Notes under the pieces: generated by a model
Seen by the model: only the letters and a program-made list of their open reading frames with translations
The model's database searches: none
Told to the model about the DNA's origin: nothing
Shown: one piece after another, positions 18,749 to 27,389 of the stretch
Numbering within the stretch: the first letter of the stretch is position 1
Layout: each line of letters starts with the position of its first letter
Made by a program: the position numbers and the translations under genes
NCBI GenBank assembly: GCA_965213925.1
Contig: OZ243927.1
Location: 2,688,001-2,752,000, forward strand
Reading direction: 5' to 3'
Source: Trueperaceae bacterium
GTDB lineage: Bacteria > Deinococcota > Deinococci > Deinococcales > Trueperaceae
DNA length: 64,000 nucleotides

Positions 18749-19819
18749 GTGATCGTGAACCAGCTGAGCCAGTTGCTGACCGGTAAAAGCCGCGAGGGGC
18801 AGTTCTCCGGCTCCTTTCTAGTGATCCGAAAAGAGGAAAAGCTTGTTGAAGCGGCTTACGGCTACGCGCACAAAACTTGGAGGGTGAAGAACCAAGTGAA
18901 CACCCGCTTCCGCGTCGCGTCGGTCTCCAAGTTGTTCACAGCGGTCGCTGTATTGCAGCTCATCGAAGCGGGCAAGCTGGACTTTAATACGCGCGCCGCA
19001 GCGTTTCTTGACTTAGAAGATATGGCGATACCAGCAGACGTTACGGCTTATCACCTCCTCACCATGACCTCGGGCATTGCCGACTGGTTCGATGAGTCGG
19101 GCGACCCGGAGGAGAACTGGGCCGCTCTGGTTCGCGAGCATCCGCTCTACCTCTTCCGGCGCAATGAAGACTATCTGCCCCTCTTCGTGAACAAGCCCCC
19201 GGTCGGACTCACCGGAGCGAAACACCGTTACAACAACGCGAGCTATATCTTGCTCGGCTTGATGATCGAAAAAGTTTCAGGTCTCTCTTATTTTGATTAC
19301 GTGCGGCAGCATGTCTTCGCACAAGCGCGGATGACGCGCTCAGACTTCGTAGCGCTCGATGGTGTCGAAAGGGAGGTCGCCGAAGGATATATTCCCCTTT
19401 TTGACGAGCAAGGAAAAAGGACAGGCTGGAAGAAGAACGTCTACTCAGCGACGCCAGAAGCCGCTGCGGACGGCGGCGCGACCTCGACGGCTCACGACCT
19501 ATGCCGTTTCTCGAAAGCGCTCAGGGAGGGTCGGCTCTTATCTTCCGAGATGACTCAGGTGATGTTGAGACCTAAAGTACTCGAGGACGACGCGCCCTAC
19601 CGAGGCTACACCTGGAAGTACGGCTACGGCAACCTGTTCTTATTAGACGACGCGGACCGAATTGTGCGCTGGGGTCATACGGGCGAGGAGGGCGGGATAA
19701 GCTGCCGCTTGTATCACTACCCGCAGAAAGATGTAGACATAGCGATTCTCGGCAACCGGGGCGGGTGTGCGGGCGACTTGGCGTGGGAGCTGCATGACCT
19801 CGTCACGGCGGTTCTCTAG
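18749..19819 (+). CDS. Serine hydrolase, beta-lactamase class C/AmpC-like family
   Basis: SxxK (SVSK), YxN (YNN) and GHTG motifs; AGGAG before GTG 18749. Confidence 0.88.
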   Translation: MIVNQLSQLLTGKSREGQFSGSFLVIRKEEKLVEAAYGYAHKTWRVKNQVNTRFRVASVSKLFTAVAVLQLIEAGKLDFNTRAAAFLDLEDMAIPADVTAYHLLTMTSGIADWFDESGDPEENWAALVREHPLYLFRRNEDYLPLFVNKPPVGLTGAKHRYNNASYILLGLMIEKVSGLSYFDYVRQHVFAQARMTRSDFVALDGVEREVAEGYIPLFDEQGKRTGWKKNVYSATPEAAADGGATSTAHDLCRFSKALREGRLLSSEMTQVMLRPKVLEDDAPYRGYTWKYGYGNLFLLDDADRIVRWGHTGEEGGISCRLYHYPQKDVDIAILGNRGGCAGDLAWELHDLVTAVL

Positions 19820-19909
19820 TCCGGACTTGCTTGTATCTGATTGACGCCCGGTAAGCACCTGACTTCTAGTATTCAGGACGTGACGAAAGACATTGAGAGA
19901 GGACTGTAC

Positions 19910-20866
19910 GTGACAACTCAAACCACCTCGACGCCGGGACTTCATCTTCTCGACCGCTATTGGAGACTTCTAACGCGCGTCGTCGATCTCTGCATGCTGC
20001 TCCTCGTCATGGCCGCCTTAGCCGTTGTTCTTAAGACCCTGTGGCCGACAACACTACCCTATGTGCCGACGCGCGCGACGACGCTGTTCGTCGTTGGTGT
20101 CAGCTATTTTGGCCTGTTCAACAGTCGTCTTGCCGAGGGACAAACTCTGGGCAAACGGCTGCTCGGGTGTCGGCTGGTGGACGTCCAGGGTCGGTGCATC
20201 TCGCTGAGCCGCTCGATCCTGCGCAGCGCGGTCGTTGGTCTGCCTCTACTGTTCGTCGACCTCGCATGGTCACTCAGCGCGGGAACGGTTTACGTCGGGA
20301 GCACTCCTCCCCTCATCGGCCTCTATCTACGTTGGGTCGCCTTCGCTTTGTTCGTGTTCATACTCTGGTTTGATAAGGAGGGGCGCGACGTCCACCGCTC
20401 GATCTACGACCTGTTTGTTGGGACATACGTGACTAAAAAGGACGCTACCGCGCCTTTTTCTGCCGTCTCGATCTCCTGGCGGCGTGTCGGTTTAGCCGCG
20501 CTTAGCGCTGCTATCTTCACCGGCGTCCTGCAAGAGCGGCTCTGGACTCCCCAGGCGTCGTTTACCGCAGTCCGACAGGCGGCGGCCCTCGAGCAGAGGT
20601 TGCGAAACGACGCGGACATGGAACTCCGTGAGGTTTACGTCACGACTGACGTTTACGACGAGGAAACGGCGTACGTCGAGGTCGCGCTGACGCCTACACT
20701 GCACCGGGCGTCAGCGCAAACCACTAAGAGGGTCGCCGGAGCCGTTCTCGCGGTCTATCCAGCGCTAGGGCCACGGCGCGACCTCGAGGTGCGCGTCGGC
20801 TATAGAGAGCCGCTGACCCAGGCACTAGCTCGGGTACACAGAAAGAAGCAGCCTGTCGAGGTCTAG
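19910..20866 (+). CDS. RDD family membrane protein
   Basis: Motifs WRLLTRVVD, GQTLGKRLLG and RSIYDLFVGTYV; start uncertain. Confidence 0.75.
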   Translation: MTTQTTSTPGLHLLDRYWRLLTRVVDLCMLLLVMAALAVVLKTLWPTTLPYVPTRATTLFVVGVSYFGLFNSRLAEGQTLGKRLLGCRLVDVQGRCISLSRSILRSAVVGLPLLFVDLAWSLSAGTVYVGSTPPLIGLYLRWVAFALFVFILWFDKEGRDVHRSIYDLFVGTYVTKKDATAPFSAVSISWRRVGLAALSAAIFTGVLQERLWTPQASFTAVRQAAALEQRLRNDADMELREVYVTTDVYDEETAYVEVALTPTLHRASAQTTKRVAGAVLAVYPALGPRRDLEVRVGYREPLTQALARVHRKKQPVEV

Positions 20867-20877
20867 CGGGAGCAGCC

Positions 20878-21291
20878 TCAGTCATCACGGCGAAGCGCCT
20901 CACTGAGCTCGAGTCTATTCACTTTCAGCTCGTCGTCACTCGCCCTCGAAACGGTCCCCTCCAGCATCTTCTTTGAGGTGAGGTCGTGGTAGTCGTGCAT
21001 CGGGATCAGGTGTAGGTGGGCGTGGGGGATGTCCATGCCCGCGACGAGCATGCCGACTTTGAGGGGTTTGAAGACGCGCCGCTGTGCTTTAGCGATTCGC
21101 TTCGCCAGCCGCGTTATGTCGAGGTGGACGTCGTCGCCTAGGTCGAAGAAGTCCGGCTCATGCTCCTTAGGGATGACGAGAACGTGACCCGGGCGGATCG
21201 GGCTGACGTCCGAGAAGGCGACCGAGTACGCGCCGACGGCTAAAAGTTCTTCGGGCTCGTTAACTAACTGGCAAAAGGGACAAGGTTTCAT
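20878..21291 (-). CDS. HIT family nucleotide-binding hydrolase
   Basis: Motifs CPFC, GHVLVIPK and the histidine triad HAHLH. Confidence 0.9.
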   Translation of the reverse strand: MKPCPFCQLVNEPEELLAVGAYSVAFSDVSPIRPGHVLVIPKEHEPDFFDLGDDVHLDITRLAKRIAKAQRRVFKPLKVGMLVAGMDIPHAHLHLIPMHDYHDLTSKKMLEGTVSRASDDELKVNRLELSEALRRDD

Positions 21292-21607
21292 GGACTTCGC
21301 CTGACCACCGTCATACCGCAACCTATGGGGTAGCTTCCTGAGAGTATTTGTAGTTGCCGCACCTTGTAAAAGTAGCGTGAGTAGATGAGCATCCCTATTG
21401 ATTACTCAAGAAATGATGCTCTTTTGCTTAATATGCTTGGAGCGATCTCGCTGTGCAAGTCTTTAGACTCTACTACTTTATGTCGCTGCGTCGCTACGGT
21501 ATTACTTTGTCTAAAGAGAGGCAGCCTAGTTGTTTGAGTCATGCACGCAGCGCCCCTGTAACAAAATGTTGGGTAGTGCGGCGAACCGAGCCTATCGTGG
21601 CATAACT

Positions 21608-21637
21608 TTTGTGGAGTGACGCGTGTCTCTCGCAGAA
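21608..21637. repeat. dif-like site 6: TTTGTGGAGTGA-CGCGTG-TCTCTCGCAGAA
   Basis: Arm/core/arm family with a 6-bp core; upstream of the amidase. Confidence 0.6.
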
Positions 21638-21720
21638 GACTAAGAAAAGCGGCGAGCCTTCGGAGCTGTAGGCATGTCGAGCGCGTTGCCGCCTTGCCAG
21701 AAGGGTGTAATACTCGGCGT

Positions 21721-23028
21721 ATGCTCACGGATGAGATCACTTTCGCCCCCGCCGCCACCCTCGCTAGGGCGATAAGGCTTAAAGACCTCTCCTCCGTAGA
21801 GGTGGTCGAGGTCTACCTCAAGCGAACCGAGGTGGTGAACCCTAGCCTCAACGCCGTCGTGCAGCTCGCCGCGGAAGCCGCCCTGAGCGACGCGCGGCTG
21901 GCCGACGAAGCCCTCGCGCGAGGAGATACGACCGGCCCTTTGCACGGCGTCCCTTTCACCGTTAAAGACTGGCTCGAGACGAAGGGAGTGGTATGCACCG
22001 CGGGCGAAGAGAGGCACCGAAGGTACGTTCCGAAGCATGACGCCACCGCCGTGGCGCGGCTGCGCGAGGCCGGCGGCATCTTCCTCGGCAAGACCAACAT
22101 TACCGTCAACAACCCCGTCTACGGGCGCACCAATAACCCCTACAACCTGGCGTACACGCCAGCGGGTAGCAGCAGCGGCGAGGCGGCTATCATCGCGGCG
22201 GGCGGCTCACCTTTGGGGTTGGGCAGCGACTCGGGCGGGAGCATCCGCCAGCCCGCTCACAACTGCGGCATCGCCGGGTTCAAGCCGAGCACGGGCAGGG
22301 TCCCCCTCACAGGGCACCTGCCGCGCATCAACCCCATGAGCGACCCCCGCACGACGATTGGACCGATGGCGCGCTACGTAGAAGACCTGGCGCTCGCGCT
22401 GCCCGTCATCAGCGGCGTGGACTGGCAGGACGCCAGCGTCGTTCCCGTGCCGCTCGGCCACTGGCAGGACGTCGGGGTAGAGCGCCTGCGCGTGGCCTTC
22501 TACACGAGACACGAGCACGCCGAGCCGACCCCGGAGACGGACGAGGTGGTGAGAAGGGCGGCGCGAGCCCTCGCCCGGCTCGAGGTCGAGGAGGCGCGGC
22601 CCGAGCGGGTCGAGGAAGCGTACGCGATCACCCGCGCCTATTGGCAGCGGCCCGAGTCGGAATCGTGGGACGCGTGGGCGCCCGACGGTGAGGCGAAGCT
22701 GAGCGGCGAGGAGGTCGAGCGACACCTGTTCGAGTGGGACCGGTTCCGGCGCAGCCTTATCCGCTTCATGGCGCACTACGACGTCATCTTGACGCCTGTC
22801 GCCGAAAAACCTGCCGTGCCCCATGGCGAGTCGGAAGGCGGCATCCCCTACACACTGCCCTACAGCCTCACGGGCTACCCCTGCGCGGTGGTGCGCGGCG
22901 GCAGCTCGCCCGAGGGGCTGCCGATCGGGGTGCAGGTCGTGGCGAGGCCGTGGCGCGATGACGTGGCGCTCGCGGTCGCGCACTATCTCGAGCAGGCTCT
23001 GGGGGGATACCGAAAGCCTGCGATCTAG
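21721..23028 (+). CDS. Amidase signature family protein
   Basis: Lys-cisSer-Ser triad motifs PFTVKD, GSSSGEAA and GSDSGGSIR. Confidence 0.9.
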   Translation: MLTDEITFAPAATLARAIRLKDLSSVEVVEVYLKRTEVVNPSLNAVVQLAAEAALSDARLADEALARGDTTGPLHGVPFTVKDWLETKGVVCTAGEERHRRYVPKHDATAVARLREAGGIFLGKTNITVNNPVYGRTNNPYNLAYTPAGSSSGEAAIIAAGGSPLGLGSDSGGSIRQPAHNCGIAGFKPSTGRVPLTGHLPRINPMSDPRTTIGPMARYVEDLALALPVISGVDWQDASVVPVPLGHWQDVGVERLRVAFYTRHEHAEPTPETDEVVRRAARALARLEVEEARPERVEEAYAITRAYWQRPESESWDAWAPDGEAKLSGEEVERHLFEWDRFRRSLIRFMAHYDVILTPVAEKPAVPHGESEGGIPYTLPYSLTGYPCAVVRGGSSPEGLPIGVQVVARPWRDDVALAVAHYLEQALGGYRKPAI

Positions 23029-23135
23029 AGGCGCGCTTGTTACGCCCACGCCCTGGGCTATCGGTCTTGTCATCACTTTACTTACCTACGTACCAGGACG
23101 ATTGCGCGCCTGACCGGGTCGTCGCTGCTTAAGCG

Positions 23136-23167
23136 GTGTGCGAGAGACGCGCGCGTCTCTCGCATTG
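23136..23167. repeat. dif-like site 7: GTGTGCGAGAGA-CGCGCGCG-TCTCTCGCATTG (perfect 26-bp palindrome 23139-23164)
   Basis: Arm/core/arm family; both arms are Y type; between the amidase and the TA pair. Confidence 0.75.
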
Positions 23168-23215
23168 CGCTTTAACACCCCTTGAGCTATCTTCCGGTTG
23201 GCATAGCAATAAGTG

Positions 23216-23248
23216 GGCAATTATGCTATCAACTATGGTATAATTGCC
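23216..23248 (+). promoter_or_regulatory. TA promoter (extended -10 TGnTATAAT) overlapped by an inverted-repeat operator
   Basis: GGCAATTATGCTAT-N5-ATGGTATAATTGCC, 12/14 inverted match, covering TATAAT at 23239-23244. Confidence 0.6.
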
Positions 23249-23260
23249 AAGAGGTGCAAG

Positions 23261-23653
23261 ATGACCGTTCAACAGTTGGTTCAAAGCAACAGCACGGAGC
23301 GCATTGCAGCAGTTCGCGAAGGGCTCTCCTTCGAGAGCTTCGTCACGTTGCGTGAAGCCTTAGGCGTGAGTACGGATGAGCTCGCTCAGCTTTTGGGCAT
23401 CCCCCGTCGCACGCTGACCAAGCGGCAGAGCGAGGGTGTCTTTAAGCTCGCTGAGAGCAACGCCATCAGCCGGGTTGCTCGTGTGTACAAAGAAGCGCTC
23501 GACTTTTTCGATGACGAGGTGGATACCCTAAGGTGGCTTAAGACACCCTTGCCTGCGCTCGGCGGAACGCCTCTGGACCTGCTCGATACCGACCCCGGCG
23601 CAGATGCGGTGAGCACGCTACTGGCTCAACTCGCCTGGGGCATCTATCCTTGA
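23261..23653 (+). CDS. Antitoxin Xre/MbcA/ParS family
   Basis: HTH (LGIPRRTL) plus C-terminal WLKTPLPALGGTPLDLLDT. Confidence 0.88.
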   Translation: MTVQQLVQSNSTERIAAVREGLSFESFVTLREALGVSTDELAQLLGIPRRTLTKRQSEGVFKLAESNAISRVARVYKEALDFFDDEVDTLRWLKTPLPALGGTPLDLLDTDPGADAVSTLLAQLAWGIYP

Positions 23654-24105
23654 TCGTCGCTTGGCGGCTCACGCATGAGCGCTTCAAAGATCAGGCAACG
23701 AGTGGTAACGGCGGGCTGTTCGCACCAGGGCGCTGGCACAGCCAAGGAAGATATATTGTGTATAGCTCGAGCAGCTTGGCGCTTGCCACACTCGAGCTGT
23801 TCGTGAATTTGCAGAACAGGCGGCAGCTCGCTCACTATGTCAAGAGCCAAATAGAGATTCCTGAAGCGCTTACCGAAATCCTAGAAGAGGCTGCTCTAAG
23901 GACGTTTTTAAGGGCTCCTGACCAGTTTGATAGCCGCAGCTACGGCGACTCGTGGTTCGCTGGGGAGCGAAGCTGCGTACTCCGGGTTCCGAGTCGGGTG
24001 GTACCGCAGGAATGGAATTACCTCATTAACCCATTGCACGCAGACTTCGAGAAGATCACCGCCTCGACCAACCTATACGAGGTGGATGAGCGCCTCTTGC
24101 CATAA
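23650..24105 (+). CDS. RES-domain toxin (NAD+-consuming, ParT/MbcT-like)
   Basis: Motifs WRL, GRWH, YSSSSLALATLE, VPSRVVP and NYLINPLH; 4-bp overlap with the antitoxin. Confidence 0.9.
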   Translation: MIVAWRLTHERFKDQATSGNGGLFAPGRWHSQGRYIVYSSSSLALATLELFVNLQNRRQLAHYVKSQIEIPEALTEILEEAALRTFLRAPDQFDSRSYGDSWFAGERSCVLRVPSRVVPQEWNYLINPLHADFEKITASTNLYEVDERLLP

Positions 24106-24119
24106 AGCAGTAATCAGAG

Positions 24120-24149
24120 TTGTGCACCGAACGCGCGTTAGCTGCATAA
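24120..24149. repeat. dif-like site 8: TTGTGCACCGAA-CGCGCG-TTAGCTGCATAA
   Basis: Arm/core/arm family; 14 bp after the toxin stop codon. Confidence 0.7.
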
Positions 24150-24186
24150 AATTTTCGACCATCGGTAAAGGATTCACACGCTCACC

Positions 24187-24673
24187 CTACTTCCCGTACA
24201 CCACCATGTTCCGCCACGCCGCCTTACCCTCGTAGAGCGCCCTGTCCGCCCGGGCAAATAGTGCGGAGTCGTCAGCGTCTCGTAACGTCGCGACGCCTAG
24301 GGTGGCGGTGAGGGATAGAGCCCCATGCACCGTCACGACAGGATTGTCACTGAGCGCCCGCCTCACCCGCTCAGCCAAGACCAGTGCACCCGCTACGTCC
24401 GTTTCCGGCAAAACGAGTGCGAACTCCTCCCCGCCCAAACGTCCGAACAGGTCGGCGGTGCAGATGAGCCTTTTGATTCGCTCGGCTACAGCTCGCAGCA
24501 CCTCGTCACCTACTGCATGACTGTAGCGGTCGTTGTTCCCCTTGAAGGGGTCGAGGTCGATCAGGATGACAGCGAGCGGGTGGCGGTAGCGCTTGGCTTG
24601 GGAAAGGGCGCGTTCGCCCCCCGAGCAAGAAGTGGCGGCTCATCACCCCGGTCAGAGAATTATAGAAAGCGAG
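24187..24673 (-). pseudogene. Degraded diguanylate cyclase (GGDEF) remnant
   Basis: LAFYNSLTGVMSR in one frame, then a frameshift near the G-run at about 24620 to LIDLDPFKGNNDRYSHAVGD...RLGGEEF; no N-terminal sensor or start. Confidence 0.75.
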
Positions 24674-25104
24674 ATTCGCGAACGGTTGGAGCAGCAAGAC
24701 TTGGGGGGACGCCACCTTTAATCCCATCAGTAAAGAGCGCCAGCGAGCGTCTGGGCTAGCTTGAGGTAAGTTTGGCGACAAACTATGACCAACCTCAAAA
24801 ATGCCTTGCTGGATAAGGGAACTCGCCTCGCTGCTCGAACTATCTTGTTCAACATCCTATTTCTCTAAATGGCGACACTCGCGGTGACCGATCACCCTCT
24901 AGGAGTGAGGTCATACATTGAGCTATACACAAGAATATAGCGCAATCTATCCTTAAACAGTTTGAAGGATATGATCCAATTTCTTTCATATTCAGACTTT
25001 TACTACTCTGAAAAGTTTGGTCTTTGCGCTAAATATGACACGCAACGTACACCCCACTGTAGCGTTGCAGTTGGGTTAAAGTGAGCGGACATCAGGAGGC
25101 AATC

Positions 25105-26439
25105 ATGAGTGACTTTCCAGAGGGTTTCGTATGGGGCGTGTCGACCTCGAGCTACCAAATCGAGGGCGCGTGGGACGAGGACGGCAAGGGGCGCAGCATC
25201 TGGGACACCTTTTCGCATACACCGGGGAAGGTGGCGAAAGGACACACCGGCGACGAGGCGTGCGACCACTACAGGCGCTACGGCGAAGACATCGCGCTCA
25301 TGAAGGAGCTAGGTGTGAGCGCGTACCGCTTTTCGACGGCGTGGGCGCGGATTTTCCCGAACGGCAGCGGTAAACCCAACCGACAAGGGCGCGACTTTTA
25401 CGACAAGCTCGTCGACGACCTCTTGGACGCAGGCATCACGCCGTGGCTCTGCTTTTACCACTGGGACTTACCCCAGGCGTTGCAGGATAAGGGCGGCTGG
25501 ACGAGCCGCGACATCACCTATTGGTTTACGGACTACGCCGCGTACACCGCCGAACAGTACGGCGACAGGGTGGAGCACTTCGCGATGCTCAACGAGCCTA
25601 ACGTCGTCGCGCTCATAGGGCACCTTCTAGGGATTCACGCGCCGGGGCTGCAAGATATCGGTGCGTACGCGGCGAGCACGCATCACCTCAACTTAGCGCA
25701 GGGGGAAGCGCTCTCGAGGCTTCGCGAGATGAATTCCTCGTGGCAGCTCGGCACGGTCTTGAACATGCAGCCGGTCCATCCCAAAAACGAGTCCGAGCAG
25801 GACGCGCAAGCCGCCGCGCTCTTTGACGCCGTGTGGAACCGCAACTTCGCGGACCCGCTTTTCAAGGGACGTTACCCCGAACAGACGTTAACGATGATCG
25901 AGCCGTTTATTCAGGACGGTGACCTGAACAAAACGCAGCAACCTCTGGACTTTTTCGGGCTCAACCTCTATAGCCGCACGCTCATCCAAGCGGACAACAG
26001 CCTGCTCGGGATGGGACAAGCGCCGCCGCCTGAGGACGCCCAACTGACCGACATGGGCTGGGAGGTCCTCCCGGACGCGCTCTTTGAGCAGCTTATGGAG
26101 CTTAAAAACGACTACGGCAACCCCGACATCTACGTGACCGAGAACGGCGCGGCCTTTCCCGACACCTTGACGGACGACGGCGTAGACGACCCCAAGCGCG
26201 TCGCCTTTTACCGCGACTACTTGTGGGCAGCGCAGAGCGCTTTAGGTGAAGGCGCGAACCTCAAAGGCTACTTCGCCTGGACGCTCCTGGACAACTTCGA
26301 GTGGGCGGAGGGCTATACGAAGAGGTTCGGACTCGTCCACGTGGACTTCGCGACGCAAAAGCGCACGCCTAAGCGCTCTTTCGAGTATTTCTCTGAGGTG
26401 GTGAGCGAGAACGCGCTACCGGATGTGGATGAGGAATGA
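25105..26439 (+). CDS. GH1 beta-glucosidase
   Basis: Motifs SSYQIEGAW, NEP, VTENG and DNFEWAEGY; RBS AGGAGG. Confidence 0.95.
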   Translation: MSDFPEGFVWGVSTSSYQIEGAWDEDGKGRSIWDTFSHTPGKVAKGHTGDEACDHYRRYGEDIALMKELGVSAYRFSTAWARIFPNGSGKPNRQGRDFYDKLVDDLLDAGITPWLCFYHWDLPQALQDKGGWTSRDITYWFTDYAAYTAEQYGDRVEHFAMLNEPNVVALIGHLLGIHAPGLQDIGAYAASTHHLNLAQGEALSRLREMNSSWQLGTVLNMQPVHPKNESEQDAQAAALFDAVWNRNFADPLFKGRYPEQTLTMIEPFIQDGDLNKTQQPLDFFGLNLYSRTLIQADNSLLGMGQAPPPEDAQLTDMGWEVLPDALFEQLMELKNDYGNPDIYVTENGAAFPDTLTDDGVDDPKRVAFYRDYLWAAQSALGEGANLKGYFAWTLLDNFEWAEGYTKRFGLVHVDFATQKRTPKRSFEYFSEVVSENALPDVDEE

Positions 26440-26516
26440 GGCTCAGACGAAGCGCTCATTCCCCGAGTTCTTTAGCCTTCACGGTTGAAGAACAACCACC
26501 TTCAGCGCTACTCCCC

Positions 26517-27389
26517 TCACCCCTTCGTGCCCGTCAGCACCACCCCTTCGATGATCTGCTTTTGAAACACGAAAAAGACCAAGAGCACGGGCAAAATCGC
26601 CAGCGCGTTCGCCGCCATAATGAGGTTCCAGGCGGTGCCCGACTCACCGGAGAAGAGCGAGATGCCGACCGGCACGGTGCGCATGTCGGGGCTTTTGGCG
26701 ACGATGAGGGGCCACAAGTAGGCGTTCCAGTTGCCGATGAAGGCGAAGATGCCCAAGGCGGCTAAGGCGGGGCGCACGAGCGGCAGCCCGATATACCAGA
26801 ACAGCCCGAACTCGCTGACCCCGTCCACGCGCCCCGCGTCGAAGAGGTCGCGGGGCAGGCTCTGGAAAAACTGCCGCATCAAAAAGACGCCGAAGGCGGG
26901 CATGAGACCGGGGAAGGCGATGCCCCAAAAGGTGTTCACCCAGCCTAGGTCGCTCGAGGTCACGAACCAAGGGATGACCAGCATCTCGGTGGGAATCATC
27001 AGCGTGGACAAGATGACGATGAAGATGAGGTTTTGTCCCGGAAAGCGCATTCGGGTTAGCGTATAGCCGATGAGCGAGCAGAAGAAGAGCGCCGAAACTG
27101 TGGTAAAAGCGGCAACGACGAAGCTGTTAAAAAACCAGCGCGGAAAGCTCGTGTCGAAAACGACCTGGCGGTAATTCTCCAAGGTCCACTCGTTCGGCAA
27201 GATGTTGAGCGCCAAAATCTCGCGGATGTCTTTGAACGAGCTGAGCATCATCCACAGAAAGGGAAAGAACATCGCCACGCTGCCGAGGGCGAGCAGCGTG
27301 TAGGCGAGGACGGTGGAGACTGATAGGGTGCGTTTCCTGCGGGCGTGTTCGGCCCTTGGCTGCGTGACGGACTCCGTTTGAACCGCCAT
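26517..27389 (-). CDS. Carbohydrate ABC transporter permease
   Basis: Motifs LFDAGRVDGV and WNAYLWPL; start MAVQTES overlaps the upstream stop (TGATG). Confidence 0.9.
   Translation of the reverse strand: MAVQTESVTQPRAEHARRKRTLSVSTVLAYTLLALGSVAMFFPFLWMMLSSFKDIREILALNILPNEWTLENYRQVVFDTSFPRWFFNSFVVAAFTTVSALFFCSLIGYTLTRMRFPGQNLIFIVILSTLMIPTEMLVIPWFVTSSDLGWVNTFWGIAFPGLMPAFGVFLMRQFFQSLPRDLFDAGRVDGVSEFGLFWYIGLPLVRPALAALGIFAFIGNWNAYLWPLIVAKSPDMRTVPVGISLFSGESGTAWNLIMAANALAILPVLLVFFVFQKQIIEGVVLTGTKG

Noticed and set aside
21321..21600. AT-richer intergenic stretch, and likewise 24780-25080 and 55540-55880
   Set aside because: No ORF, repeat or RNA motif that I could support.
2248..24149. Integron attC array or CRISPR interpretation of the repeats
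   Set aside because: The AAC...GTT words are separated by only a few bases, whereas attC sites are about 57-141 bp. Genes lie in both orientations with their own promoters. The intervals are 0.7-10 kb, not CRISPR-sized, and no intI or cas genes are present.
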